From NCBI GenBank assembly GCA_048013815.1, contig CM106585.1:12276001-12340000 (forward strand): a DNA stretch of 64,000 bases, in the 5' to 3' direction. Under the pieces are notes generated by a model. That model made no database searches. It saw only the letters and a list, made by a program, of their open reading frames with translations, and was not told the origin of the DNA. This document shows, piece after piece, positions 32,257 through 43,086 of this stretch. This DNA comes from Setoptus koraiensis (lineage: Eukaryota; Animalia; Arthropoda). How positions within the stretch are numbered: the first letter of the stretch is position 1; each line of letters opens with the position of its first letter. Made by a program: the position numbers and the translations under genes.

Positions 32257-33250
32257 GTTACATTCAATACAAGATATTCATTGACAATATACCGATCGAT
32301 AGAGCTGTGTGGTGAAAGTGCTATGGGAGCACGTTGCTGATCAATCTAAATTCAATTCTCAAGTCGGATCATGCGGTGAGCGCCCGGTAAAATGTGCGCT
32401 GTGCCACTCCCCCTGCTCGCAGTGCCCGTTGGACAGTTGTTGCTGCGAGCATAAGGGCTGTTTTTCCCTCCCTTCGGTCCCTGTTGTGAGAGCGAACGCT
32501 CTTTCGTTGCTAGATGGACATGCACCTGAACTCTTTGTGAGAACAAACTGGAACGGCCGCATCAACAACAACAACAGCATCAACAACAACGGCATCGCCA
32601 CCACAAGTAACAACGGCGGCAACAACAGTTACTATATACGGCTAGATTTGCAAGGTGCTTCTCTTGGAATACCGTACTGTAGCTTAGTAGGACACAACAA
32701 CAAACAACAACAAGCAACAACAGCATCGAATAAGAAGCAACACACACCTTGGACGGCCCAACTGACCTATAAATAGCCAGACGGCAAATAAAAGTGCATT
32801 CGTGTCTACGATTGGATCGGGCGCATAACTGTTGTTGTTTTCATCATCATTTATATCATCATTATCATCAGGCGCTCATTAGAATATCCAGTTCTAATTT
32901 AGATGCAAACAGGCAAGCAACAACAATTAGCATAATTAATAGTGGCCGTAGTCGCTGCACAATAATGTAGAGCGGCCATCAATCAAGCCGACTGACCAAA
33001 CCAAATATTGGAGCAGATATTCGGAACTGCCGCCACTGCTACTAGCGCTATACTCATTTAGTATTACTCAAATGTTTAGAAGAATTGATTGATTTTAGGA
33101 AATTCACACCAATGCACTTCTAATACCCACTCACACCAAAGACTGTTTCTTTTTTCACGAAATTACTAACCACTTTCAAATAAGATATTTATACAATACA
33201 CACAACAGAGTTTTAGCGTTGTCATCAGCAAACCCAAAACTGCCATCACC

Positions 33251-34397
33251 ATGTCCGTATTAAGTGAATCGTTTGTGCTGGCCAAAACAAGATCGCAAGA
33301 TCTTAAGTCTGTGAGGAGACTCAACTGCTGGGGTAAGTACAACAACAATTTGTAAAAGTTATAGCAAACAAAACAGTAAAAATAAAACATATTGATCATG
33401 TCCTATCTCGTCCGCTTCATTGATGCGCATTTCAATCAACGATTAAATCAATCTGATTTGAACAACAGGCAACGAACTAAAGGATGTCACTCTATTGAGG
33501 AGAATGCCCAACGTTGAAGTGCTCTGTATGTCGGTCAACGAACTGACAACCCTGGAGGATTTTAGTTACTGCCCAAAACTTCAGGAATTGTACTTGAGGA
33601 AAAACAAGGTGGAAAGTATAGCCGAGATTGCCCACTTACAAAATCTGCCCAATCTTAAAAATCTATGGTTCGATGAGAACCCTTGCGTGGCTAACACTTA
33701 CAATTATAGAAAAGTTGTTCTAAGGGCTCTACCAAATCTAAAAATTCTTGACAATGTACCTGTAACTGGCGAAGAATTAAGAGAAATCGAAGAACTGGGT
33801 GATGAAATCTATGAAGAGATTTACAGACCAGACGCTTCAGTTGTTCGTGGTGGTGATGCTAGCGCACAAGAAATCGATTCTTATGATGATGGTAGATATG
33901 AAAATGATACAACCAATTACGACCAGGATAATAACATTAATGCCATTTCACACCAATCCAATGATTCCGGTAGTGATAGCAGTCAATCTAGCTCCACTAT
34001 ACCAACAACAAACAACTATGTTGCACAGACAAACTTTTGTCACAACACTAATAATAACTCATCTTCGGCTACATTGCCCAATGATATTTCTAGATTGAAT
34101 ATATCAACAACACCCAGTAATAAGAGCCAGTCTAGAAATGTAACTAGTCATTCCAATAACAATCTAAGCGTTTCAAGCATTTGCCAGCAAGGTTGGTCAC
34201 AACAAAATGTCAACAATAACCAAACAACAAATAGCAACAATTCTGCCAACAGCATCCATCTTCCAAAAGGAGGCAAAAATCGCAATGCCAATATTTTGTC
34301 AGCCGTTTTATGTTTGATCAAAGAATTAGACTATGTTAGTTGCGAAGTAGTTCAAACAGCCTTACATTGCCGAATTGAAGAAACTATGAACAGTTGA
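33251..34397 (+). CDS. CFAP410: Cilia/flagella-associated LRR protein CFAP410 (C21orf2); join(33251..33332,33469..34397)
   Basis: MSVLSESFVLAKTRSQDLKSVRRLNCWG|NELKDV...LQELYLRKNKV...LWFDENPC; C-terminal NILSAVLCLIKELD motif; GTAAGT...CAG intron keeps frame. Confidence 0.9.
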
Positions 34398-34925
34398 TGA
34401 AATCAAGTGATTCATTATTATCATAAGCATTATGACGTTATCATAATATTCAAACGCTGTATTCTATCATCTTAACGAAATCTGACACATTGATAGTGAA
34501 AAACTAACCTTATTCGCATTTACCATTTATTGATTAATGTAATCAAAAAGAAGAAAAAAAATCGAGTCGAATTCTAACTGACTCGCTCGATCTAATACTA
34601 TTCAAATAAAAATATTTGTACTGGTTAGATGAACAGACACTCAGCTGATGGGACCTCTTTCATTCGCTTATTTTTAGAACATTATAGGACACTTTTATTG
34701 TGAGTATAATTTGTATAGAATTTTTGTTGATCAAAATGTCTCACCACACGAACATGCGAGTGGTATGCTGGAACTATGCAAAAGAGACTATGTAAAAGAG
34801 ACTATGTAAAAGAGTCTCTAAGTTCATGTTGGTTTTCTTCCCTCAATATATTACTATATTATTATTTTTAGTGGCATCCAAGTGTACCTCACAATTGATG
34901 ATGTATAGAAGGCCTCTAAATCTTG

Positions 34926-35417
34926 TTAAATATCGTTGCTCCCGACCATCGACGCCGTTTGTCTTTCCTCGAGATCATGAAGTTTCATTCGTGCATCTAC
35001 TAGTTTGGAGGATAATTTATTAACGTCAGCCATGAGGGTTATCTTTTCTTTTTCGTGCCTGTCTACAACACCAAGTAGTTTATCTTCCAGATCCTGGTTG
35101 ACTTTCTGTAGATGCCGATATCCATCTAATAATCGAGAATATTTATCCTCCCAGTAGGCACATTCAGTCGATTTCTGACTGATGCTTTCTGCCAATTGCT
35201 TCGGATTTGCTTGGAGATCTTTCTTATCTTGGCCAAAGTGTACTGCATTTGAGCGTTCTTTGTTCAATGATGGACTTGATGTATTATTCAAGACATTTTT
35301 TGTATGCTGTTGTCTCAATCCATCTGTTTCCGAAGCTAGCGGGGTCTTGATCGGTTTATCTGTCATCAAAGTATGATCCTGGTTGAGCAATAAACTATCT
35401 CCGTTTGAGCAATTCAT
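34926..35417 (-). CDS. Coiled-coil protein, TJAP1(Pilt)/BEGAIN-like, apparently short or partial
   Basis: HLQKVNQDLEDKLL..VDRHEKEK..L..DV..LSSKLVDA resembles TJAP1 LQRVNQELEDKL; the expected following motif was not found. Confidence 0.55.
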   Translation of the reverse strand: MNCSNGDSLLLNQDHTLMTDKPIKTPLASETDGLRQQHTKNVLNNTSSPSLNKERSNAVHFGQDKKDLQANPKQLAESISQKSTECAYWEDKYSRLLDGYRHLQKVNQDLEDKLLGVVDRHEKEKITLMADVNKLSSKLVDARMKLHDLEERQTASMVGSNDI

Positions 35418-37298
35418 CTTGGATAAATTGGGCTTAATACATCAATATTTTTGGAATGACATGATTAGTCATTCGAAATAGAAATAATTTCAAGAATTTC
35501 AATGTTTATGAAAATAAATTTGCCGAAATCAACATGCTGACCATTCTTGAGAACAAATAGTATGAAGCATACAAATCAGAGCAACAAATTGCGACGAAAA
35601 AATGGAAACGTCTTAAGTTCCAAGGTTCTTGAGTTCTCGCGAATTATGCGAACTTGCCAAGAACCAACAAGTTATTCGAAAGTTGATTCGAAAGATGGAA
35701 GTCATGGCGCTCGATTTGAATAGGAATTTTCGAATCGACAGTTTCGAATTTAAATCTTGTCAACTTCTGAGTCCACACAGACTCAGGTGAATCGATGGTT
35801 GGTTGGTTGGTTGGTTAGGAGTCGTTGCAACCCAAAGCAGGTCACCACCTTACCAGAGAGATAAGCTAAAGCCGTTACAAAAAACAGACTTTCAAAGATT
35901 TAGAGCCCTTGATCTGAAGGTTCCGAATTTTGAAAATAGATTTTCCTCGACTTGTCATCAACAACAAGAACATCATTTTTTATTTTGCGGCACAGTTTGT
36001 TCGATCGGTACAATTGAGTTAGTGTTCAGCATAAATGAAGCCCAGGCAGCTATCCAATAGGATTGTGTCATACATCACTTTCGGCTCATAGATGACACCG
36101 ATGAAATGTTCCGAGAAATGTCGAACGTGCATCGCTTTTTGGTGAATTGTATAAACTACTACTGAACGTCCTTTATCTTTATACCGTATTTCTCAGAATC
36201 TTTCAATGTAATACACAGCTCTGCTTGAACGCGCGACCAAGACCTCTGCTCACTATATCCGTCTGGTCAACTAGATGCTATTGCTCATCAGTTCATTGTT
36301 GCTGGAACTCTCTGAGTGAGGGTTTCGCGTGTGAGGGCTTTGTTCGCTCTGCTCATACCTGTGAGTGTGCGTAGTTAGTTGTGTTGGCGGTGGAGCTGGC
36401 ACGACCAGTGGCCGGCCAGTGGTCCGCCTGCAGTTTCATCATAACTATTCTGCCGATGCCTGTTCGCTGAATATGCTGGCGTGTTGCAGTGGCGAGCCCA
36501 AAGAGAGCGAGAGAAAGTTCTATAATTGCGTTTAGTGGCTCATCATAATTCGCTCTCGTTCCCTCCCCCTGTGCCTCGCTTTCACTGGCCCATCGGTGCT
36601 TTGTGTGCTCACAGTTGCAGCACTTGCACCATTGTTGACCGTGATGGTTGTGCAGTAACAGGCCAATGTTACCACTACTGAAGATTCGCCACTGCAAAAC
36701 AATAATTGTGCTAGTGCGTGTGTTATAATAGAACTGTTATCGAACTTTGCACCGATTGTGCGAGTGTGTGTGTGTGTGTGTCGAATTTTAAGTGTTTAGC
36801 GCACCACTACAGTGGTGTCTGCCTGACCTGGCTCCGGCCAACTTGTACACTGGTATGGTTGCTATAGTGCACGCTTTGTGCGTCCATCTTTGCTGCTGGA
36901 CTTGCAACCAATTAGCTCGATTCCGCCCCTTGTTCTACGAGACACCGAACAACAGCCACTAGTTTCGTTCGATTTTCGAACAACTGCCCCACTGACGCTT
37001 CGGTAACACTCAAAACTCGCTCGTTTCCCCACACACACACAAACGCACAAATATTTTGCTCACTGTCTCGCAGCGTTCGAACAATTTGAATAAGTCGGTG
37101 CAGATCCCGTGATAATTCAAGGCCGTTCCAGTAATAAACCAGTGTCAATTTAAACAATTGCCAGAGCAACAATATTAGATAGGATAAAATCACACAGAGG
37201 ATAAAGACACCTCAAAGCGCCAGTCGACAAGTGCAAACGGACAAGCTGTCGCCCATTTCATTGGTACAAAGCAGCAACAGGTTTGAACAAACTACAAA

Positions 37299-39887
37299 AT
37301 GGTGCCCGCTTGCTCCATTGCCCGCGTAATAACGGCCATATCGCTGGCCTGTGCATGCATTGTTACGACGGGCACTAGCTCAAGCAGCGACCCTGGGGCC
37401 CAGTCGTCGAGTCGTCACATTTTAAGCGCAGTAAATCACGCTGCAACAACCAATGCAACAACTAATGCAACAAGTGGTCGCCTTGCTGCAACAATGATAT
37501 CGGCCCACAACCAAACTACAATGGCCAACGTGACCATTCGAACCATCAAGCGGACCACAAAAACACCGTCAACAGTTTCGGAGTCAGTTCCGGGACAGAC
37601 TCACAAGCAAGCCGGCCCATACATGAGCCGACAATCGATTGCGGCAGCTCTCACAGCGCCAACAAACGCCACCGCCAATGAAACCAAAGAACAACGCCAG
37701 ACCGTGCACAGGGCCTCACAATACGCGCACCACAGGCAACAGATTAAACAGCACCGTGCAACCACCGCCAGACCTCATTTGCGCCCATTTGAACATTTGT
37801 TTCCACTTGATCATCTGCCTCTGATGCCCAACACTCCGCCGGTGTTTATGGTCTCGCGCGAGCTAATTGTCGCGAGGGACGATCCAATCGGCACCAGGGT
37901 GACAACAATCAAAACCAGAGACGATGATCATGATCGCATAGACTACTCGCTACAAGAGTCTTTAGTTCAGGATGGATCGAAATATTTTCACATCAATCGC
38001 AGGACAGGTGAACTAATTTTGAGTGGTAAATTTCCACAGCCAGAACACAATAGCGACAACATTGATTACTATATCACAGTAGTGGCCGACGATGGCCATT
38101 TCCCTGCCAAAATGGATTTCCTTGTGCGCGTTGTCAACAACGACAATTCTACTAGCCAACAGGATCAACTATCTCACACACAATCCATTCCATTGATGCC
38201 ACCGCCCAAGATTATCGGCAATATGACACGAGAATATGTCTCTAGACTGCCCGGTTATGATTCAACACAACCACATAGTATACCCTCGTATGTTAATCCA
38301 CCCATGACACTGCCATGGAATTTCAGGCATCCTCATGACAGTACAAGCTTGCTTACCCGAGACGATGTCAAGGAAGAACCTTTGTCAAAATCCGATTCAA
38401 TGGACACCAACATTCCAGGCCCCATTCCCTCACAATTCAGAGATAGCAATGAGGTTGATGTCAATCCAAGCCGGAGCGAAATTATAGTACCCAATCAAAT
38501 GACGAACGTGCTGTCAGATAGCTCGTCTCGTGATGGAGCCTCATTTCCTGAAGCTGGCCAACAAACTACTCATTCGAATATTAATTCTAATTTATTCGGA
38601 ATCATATTGCTTTCGTCGGTTATTACCTGCCTAATTGTATCAGCTTTTAGAAAGATGAAACAATTAGAAGACAAAGAAAATCATGATCCCAACGTAAAAT
38701 GTGCAGTCATGATCGCGGACGAGACACCAGAGAGGATCATTTCCCCTGTAAGCTCTTGGGAATATGACTGTATTGAGACGGACGAATATTCTGAGAGATC
38801 CAGCCAAGACTTGCAACCCGCTGTAATCAATCCTACTAGAGAAGCAACTCCATCTCACAAGTTTTCTAGCTTAAGAACTGAGAAAGTACCCTCGGCACAA
38901 GATGATTTGCTTTTGGAAGGACTGAGTCAAGAAGCGGAAAAAGAAAGTAAGAGATGGGATTTTCCTCGCCATAAATTGATTTTCAAAGATATGCTAGGTG
39001 AAGGTGAATTCGGCCAAGTATGGAGATGTTTAATTGAAGAGGAAGAAGGCACTAAGAGGCAAGTTGCTGTTAAAACATTAAAAAGAGGATTGGGAAAGAA
39101 CGAACGAGAGAATCTCCTGGCAGAGATTGAAATAATGAAACTACTGGATAGACATCCTTATGTCGTTCAGATGCTAGGCTGCTGTATGGAAGCGAACGAA
39201 CCCATATATCTGATAATGGAACTTATTCAAAAAGGGAAATTGAGTTCTTATTTGAGAAAAAGCCGCCAGGACAGATTGTACAACAACTTGCACGGTACAA
39301 GTGGTAGGTTGACAGCAAAAGACTTGATCAAATTCTCATACCATATCGCAAAAGGGATGGAGTATGTTTCATCTCAGGGTATCATACATAGAGACTTGGC
39401 TGCTAGGAATATTTTGGTTACATCAAATAAGATTTGTAAAGTAGCCGATTTTGGCTTTGCGAGAAAGGTCGATGTCGAATGTATCTATGAGAGAAAATCG
39501 GACGACAGAGTCCCCGTCCGCTGGATGGCTCCAGAATCATTGGATAATAGGTACACGACTAAATCAGACGTGTACTCTTTTGGTGTTCTAATGTGGGAAA
39601 TAGTAACCCTGGGGGCGTCGCCCTTTGAAGACCTATCAGCATGCGAAGTCATGCAGAAAGTGCGTCAGGGGGAGAGATTGCCAAGGCCGGACCATTGTAA
39701 GAGGGAATTGTACAATATTATGACCAAATGTTGGATGCATGATCCAGAAGATAGACCAAGTTTCAGCATGTTAGCACTGATATTAAACAAACTTCTAATT
39801 AGTGAGAATGAGTACATTGAGCTGGAACAATATCCTGATCACAGTTATTACAATATACTGACTGATCTTTCTGGAGAGAAGCTGTAG
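37299..39887 (+). CDS. Cad96Ca: Cadherin-domain receptor tyrosine kinase Cad96Ca/Stitcher (RET-like)
   Basis: Signal peptide; single cadherin repeat (PPVF...DDPIGTRV...DDDHD.IDYS); [21 protein letters not shown]; kinase [28 protein letters not shown]; C-terminal [12 protein letters not shown]; intronless. Confidence 0.92.
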   Translation: MVPACSIARVITAISLACACIVTTGTSSSSDPGAQSSSRHILSAVNHAATTNATTNATSGRLAATMISAHNQTTMANVTIRTIKRTTKTPSTVSESVPGQTHKQAGPYMSRQSIAAALTAPTNATANETKEQRQTVHRASQYAHHRQQIKQHRATTARPHLRPFEHLFPLDHLPLMPNTPPVFMVSRELIVARDDPIGTRVTTIKTRDDDHDRIDYSLQESLVQDGSKYFHINRRTGELILSGKFPQPEHNSDNIDYYITVVADDGHFPAKMDFLVRVVNNDNSTSQQDQLSHTQSIPLMPPPKIIGNMTREYVSRLPGYDSTQPHSIPSYVNPPMTLPWNFRHPHDSTSLLTRDDVKEEPLSKSDSMDTNIPGPIPSQFRDSNEVDVNPSRSEIIVPNQMTNVLSDSSSRDGASFPEAGQQTTHSNINSNLFGIILLSSVITCLIVSAFRKMKQLEDKENHDPNVKCAVMIADETPERIISPVSSWEYDCIETDEYSERSSQDLQPAVINPTREATPSHKFSSLRTEKVPSAQDDLLLEGLSQEAEKESKRWDFPRHKLIFKDMLGEGEFGQVWRCLIEEEEGTKRQVAVKTLKRGLGKNERENLLAEIEIMKLLDRHPYVVQMLGCCMEANEPIYLIMELIQKGKLSSYLRKSRQDRLYNNLHGTSGRLTAKDLIKFSYHIAKGMEYVSSQGIIHRDLAARNILVTSNKICKVADFGFARKVDVECIYERKSDDRVPVRWMAPESLDNRYTTKSDVYSFGVLMWEIVTLGASPFEDLSACEVMQKVRQGERLPRPDHCKRELYNIMTKCWMHDPEDRPSFSMLALILNKLLISENEYIELEQYPDHSYYNILTDLSGEKL

Positions 39888-39975
39888 TAATCTGGAGATA
39901 CGAAAAAAAAAAAAAATAAATAAAAAGCCTGTAAGTTATAACTAATAAATGATGATGATTTTTTTTAATATGCAA

Positions 39976-40572
39976 CTATGGGTTGAATTGTGCTACTATT
40001 TCCTCGACCGAATCTATTCGGAGTCCGTTTTGCACTGCAGCAGCAGTCTGACGACTAATCTGATTTATTAGTTGTACTTCGTCTCCAGATATTGGTTCGT
40101 AATTCACTCCCCTTGTATCTAAATTTTTATTCAATGTCGCCTGCAATTGTTGCGTGCCATCAGTACCTTGACTAGCTTCGTAAGTATTATTGAAGCCACT
40201 TCTTGATACTAGGGTTGATTTCAGCACCAATGGTGTTTTTATTTGATTCAATCTCGATTGATAGGCTTTCTGTCGATCCACAATTTCACCCTGTTGTATT
40301 AACATGGATTCGCCGGGTGCAACGTCTATCACATTGGATGCCATTTTTTGTAGAATCCTTTCCAGGGCTGTTTGCTCTGCTTTGTTGCCATTGACAATTG
40401 AACCATAGGAGGGTAGATCTTGATGAGATACGGCTGATGTTGATGAAGAATATATGTCATCGCACAAATTTTGTTGTCCTTCACAAACATCATCTAATAT
40501 ACGGGAACGTTCCTCACGGTCGTCATCACTTTTGTCGCTGTCCTTACAGCAACAACTCTTAAGATTTCCCAT
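39976..40572 (-). CDS. LAMTOR1: Ragulator subunit LAMTOR1
   Basis: MGNLKSCCCK myristoylation/palmitoylation start, EERSRIL, LQKMASNVIDV, C-terminal EEIVAQF. Confidence 0.85.
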   Translation of the reverse strand: MGNLKSCCCKDSDKSDDDREERSRILDDVCEGQQNLCDDIYSSSTSAVSHQDLPSYGSIVNGNKAEQTALERILQKMASNVIDVAPGESMLIQQGEIVDRQKAYQSRLNQIKTPLVLKSTLVSRSGFNNTYEASQGTDGTQQLQATLNKNLDTRGVNYEPISGDEVQLINQISRQTAAAVQNGLRIDSVEEIVAQFNP

Positions 40573-40969
40573 AATGAATAAAATCTGTATTTGTCGGGTG
40601 AATAAATATATACAATAATTACAACCGCAATTAAACTATGGTCGACGATAGACAGCACAAATTATTATGTTATATTTGACGATCTATGGCTATTTGAATA
40701 ACGCGCACCGTACACTGTACTAACGATTGTTTACAGTTTCTGAACCAACAGCGCCTGTTCCGAACAAATCACATCTGACGTTCCATGTGATCGTATTGCA
40801 GCAAAATCGTTGCTCCCAATTGAAATCACTTCATAATTCATCCAGGTATTTTTATTTAGTGCACCCTCTCGTCAGTCACAACAGAAAGAACGAATCCGCC
40901 TCCACCCGTATTCCATTAAAATTTATTTATCCGATCTATTAATCTCATTTATCTGATCTGATATCCAAA

Positions 40970-41425
40970 ATGGTCTCTGCCCAGGGCGACGATAGCATTG
41001 ATGCTTGGCTCGAAGAAGAGAATCTAAAACTAGCACAGGACTACGCAAGGTTACAAAAAACAAATCTAGATACTATAGAGATTCAGAGATTTCCGAATGG
41101 ATTGGAAGATGTAAGTTGTACAAAGCGACGACCACAGAATATTATTATTCTCTATTTGATTTTATCTCACAACAAGTTATTAACCTCAAAAAATAATCTA
41201 ATACTCCAGAAAGGTTTAGGTGCAATTGTTGCAGGTGTGACAAAAGTTTTACCAAGCACTATCACTATATGTTACAAAGACGACGATAGGAGAACACCTG
41301 TAGGATTGATCAGATTCAATACTAATCGAGAGGCAACTAGAGCTTTGGAGCGCTTACGAAGCAGCGGTTTATGTGATAAATGGCGGATGTGTATGATTGC
41401 TTATCCAATAAAAACTATGAAATAA
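40970..41425 (+). CDS. Small protein with a degenerate RRM-like fold; probable join(40970..41110,41210..41425)
   Basis: IEIQRFP (RNP2-like) and VGLIRF...EATRALERL (RNP1-like); in-frame 99-nt GTAAGT...CAG intron. Confidence 0.5.
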   Translation: MVSAQGDDSIDAWLEEENLKLAQDYARLQKTNLDTIEIQRFPNGLEDVSCTKRRPQNIIILYLILSHNKLLTSKNNLILQKGLGAIVAGVTKVLPSTITICYKDDDRRTPVGLIRFNTNREATRALERLRSSGLCDKWRMCMIAYPIKTMK

Positions 41426-41797
41426 TATTCATTTAAATTGAAACTTATGGAAAAAATAATGTTCAACATTTACAGTTAAGTTCTCAAAGAACACAGGGAT
41501 AGTATCCCTGGGATACGCAAAGATTCGATTTTGCCGCGAGAGAATAAAATGAAAGCAGCAAAAAACTGCTCAATTTTCGCGTTTGGACGGCAAACGCATT
41601 TGGCTAAGTTTTGCTGTATTTCTTGCCTGAATCTTCACGTGCTTCATGGCCACATGAATATCATTATATCCAAATCACATGATTGTTTCTTCGAAATTAT
41701 TACATGTCTTATACCATTCTTTGTATCGCAAACAATTTTGCCTGAAGCCGCTCATACATCTCGGTTGTTTAAAAGGAAGCCACTCTGAACCTGAGCC

Positions 41798-42865
41798 ATG
41801 TCCATGAAGAAAAAAATGTCAATTGAAGATAACAGGTTAGATTCTGATGATGATGAAGATCCTACCGTTGAAAGAGTTTCGAAAGTTACTAAAATAGACA
41901 TGGTGCAACCGCCCAGTTTATCAGTGGATAGGCTCCTTGCAGAGAAACTCGATAAGCTTCGGTTGGAGAGGCCAAAGGGAAAAATTAAATTTGTTCCTAA
42001 TCGTCCCAGGCAACGCTACACGGATTCCAGTAGTAAGCAAGGAATAAAAAAAGAACAATTGGGCAGGCCGAATGCGAGACCACGAGATTATGTTGTTGAA
42101 AGACTCACCTCCAAATATGATACCCTTGTGCCAGAATTAAATCGATCAAAGCCAACTGTGAAATTGATCAACATAGTGTCCACCAAGGAATCTATGGAAC
42201 TGGCAAGTGCCCAAGCCAAGAAACAAATGGAACGGCAGCTGGAATTAAATTCTGTTTCCGGCAACAGACAAATCAATCAAAACAAAGCAAAATTGAAAAA
42301 GTTCCAATTTAACGATGGATACGAAATGCCCACTAGCAGAATGGAGAATTCTTCCTCATCAGTCACATCTAGCACCAATCTTGAAGAATTCGATAGCAAA
42401 GGTAGACACTTTTTGAATACCGATGTAGATAAGCCATATAGGCCTTCTTATGCTAGCGTCACTAGCGAAAATCTTAGAAGTCGAGTGGCAAGCCGCAAAG
42501 CTGAAATTCTTCGCAAAATACAACTGCACAACCAAGAGCTCAAAACCGAAAAACTGGCCGATAATAGAGAGTCGAATAAACCCAATGACGAGGAAATGGA
42601 AACAGAATGTAAAGGCCCCCAAATCAAGTCAACAAAAGGACGAGGTAAGAATGTGAGATTCGATGATACCATCTTAGAGGAAGATGATCATAAGAGGCAT
42701 ACACCACAAATTAATGAAGAATCTAAAGACATCAAGCCCATCATCAAGACTGATCAAGAGATAGACATGGACTTTGTGTCGATAGATAAGGTTAACCAAG
42801 TTTTTGATTTATTCACCATGGGCTCTGATGATGAAGTTAGTGACGATGATGGCAGATTGGATTGA
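41798..42865 (+). CDS. Hypothetical hydrophilic protein with an RVxF-like motif (KNVRF) and acidic C-terminus
   Basis: 355-aa open frame with ATG start; no family recognised. Confidence 0.6.
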   Translation: MSMKKKMSIEDNRLDSDDDEDPTVERVSKVTKIDMVQPPSLSVDRLLAEKLDKLRLERPKGKIKFVPNRPRQRYTDSSSKQGIKKEQLGRPNARPRDYVVERLTSKYDTLVPELNRSKPTVKLINIVSTKESMELASAQAKKQMERQLELNSVSGNRQINQNKAKLKKFQFNDGYEMPTSRMENSSSSVTSSTNLEEFDSKGRHFLNTDVDKPYRPSYASVTSENLRSRVASRKAEILRKIQLHNQELKTEKLADNRESNKPNDEEMETECKGPQIKSTKGRGKNVRFDDTILEEDDHKRHTPQINEESKDIKPIIKTDQEIDMDFVSIDKVNQVFDLFTMGSDDEVSDDDGRLD

Positions 42866-43086
42866 TTAATTTTTCAAGATCAACTATTTTTATTTAAATC
42901 TATATCTTGGTAATTTATATTATTACATTAAGACAAACTGTGATAGTTAATCATGTGTAGATCATGGTATATATGTATTTAATCGGCGATTCCGGCTGCT
43001 GCCTTACAATTAAATTGGCTTCATCGATAACTGCAGAACAAAACTCTAACTCTGTTATATGACCATTTCATGACAATTTCGTCAAA

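Noticed and set aside
31723-32340. ORFs spanning the N run
   Set aside because: Artefacts of translating the assembly gap
32309-32776. Cys-rich ORF (CALCHSPCSQCPLDSCCC) and 9-bp inverted repeat TGCTCGCAG/CTGCGAGCA (32414-32451), also in the 29660 copy
   Set aside because: GTG start, no recognisable zinc-finger spacing, and stems too short for a pre-miRNA or known ncRNA; probably leader or promoter DNA
37276-37283. Grainyhead-like AACAGGTT just upstream of Cad96Ca (a Grh target in Drosophila)
   Set aside because: A single 8-mer is expected by chance in 64 kb
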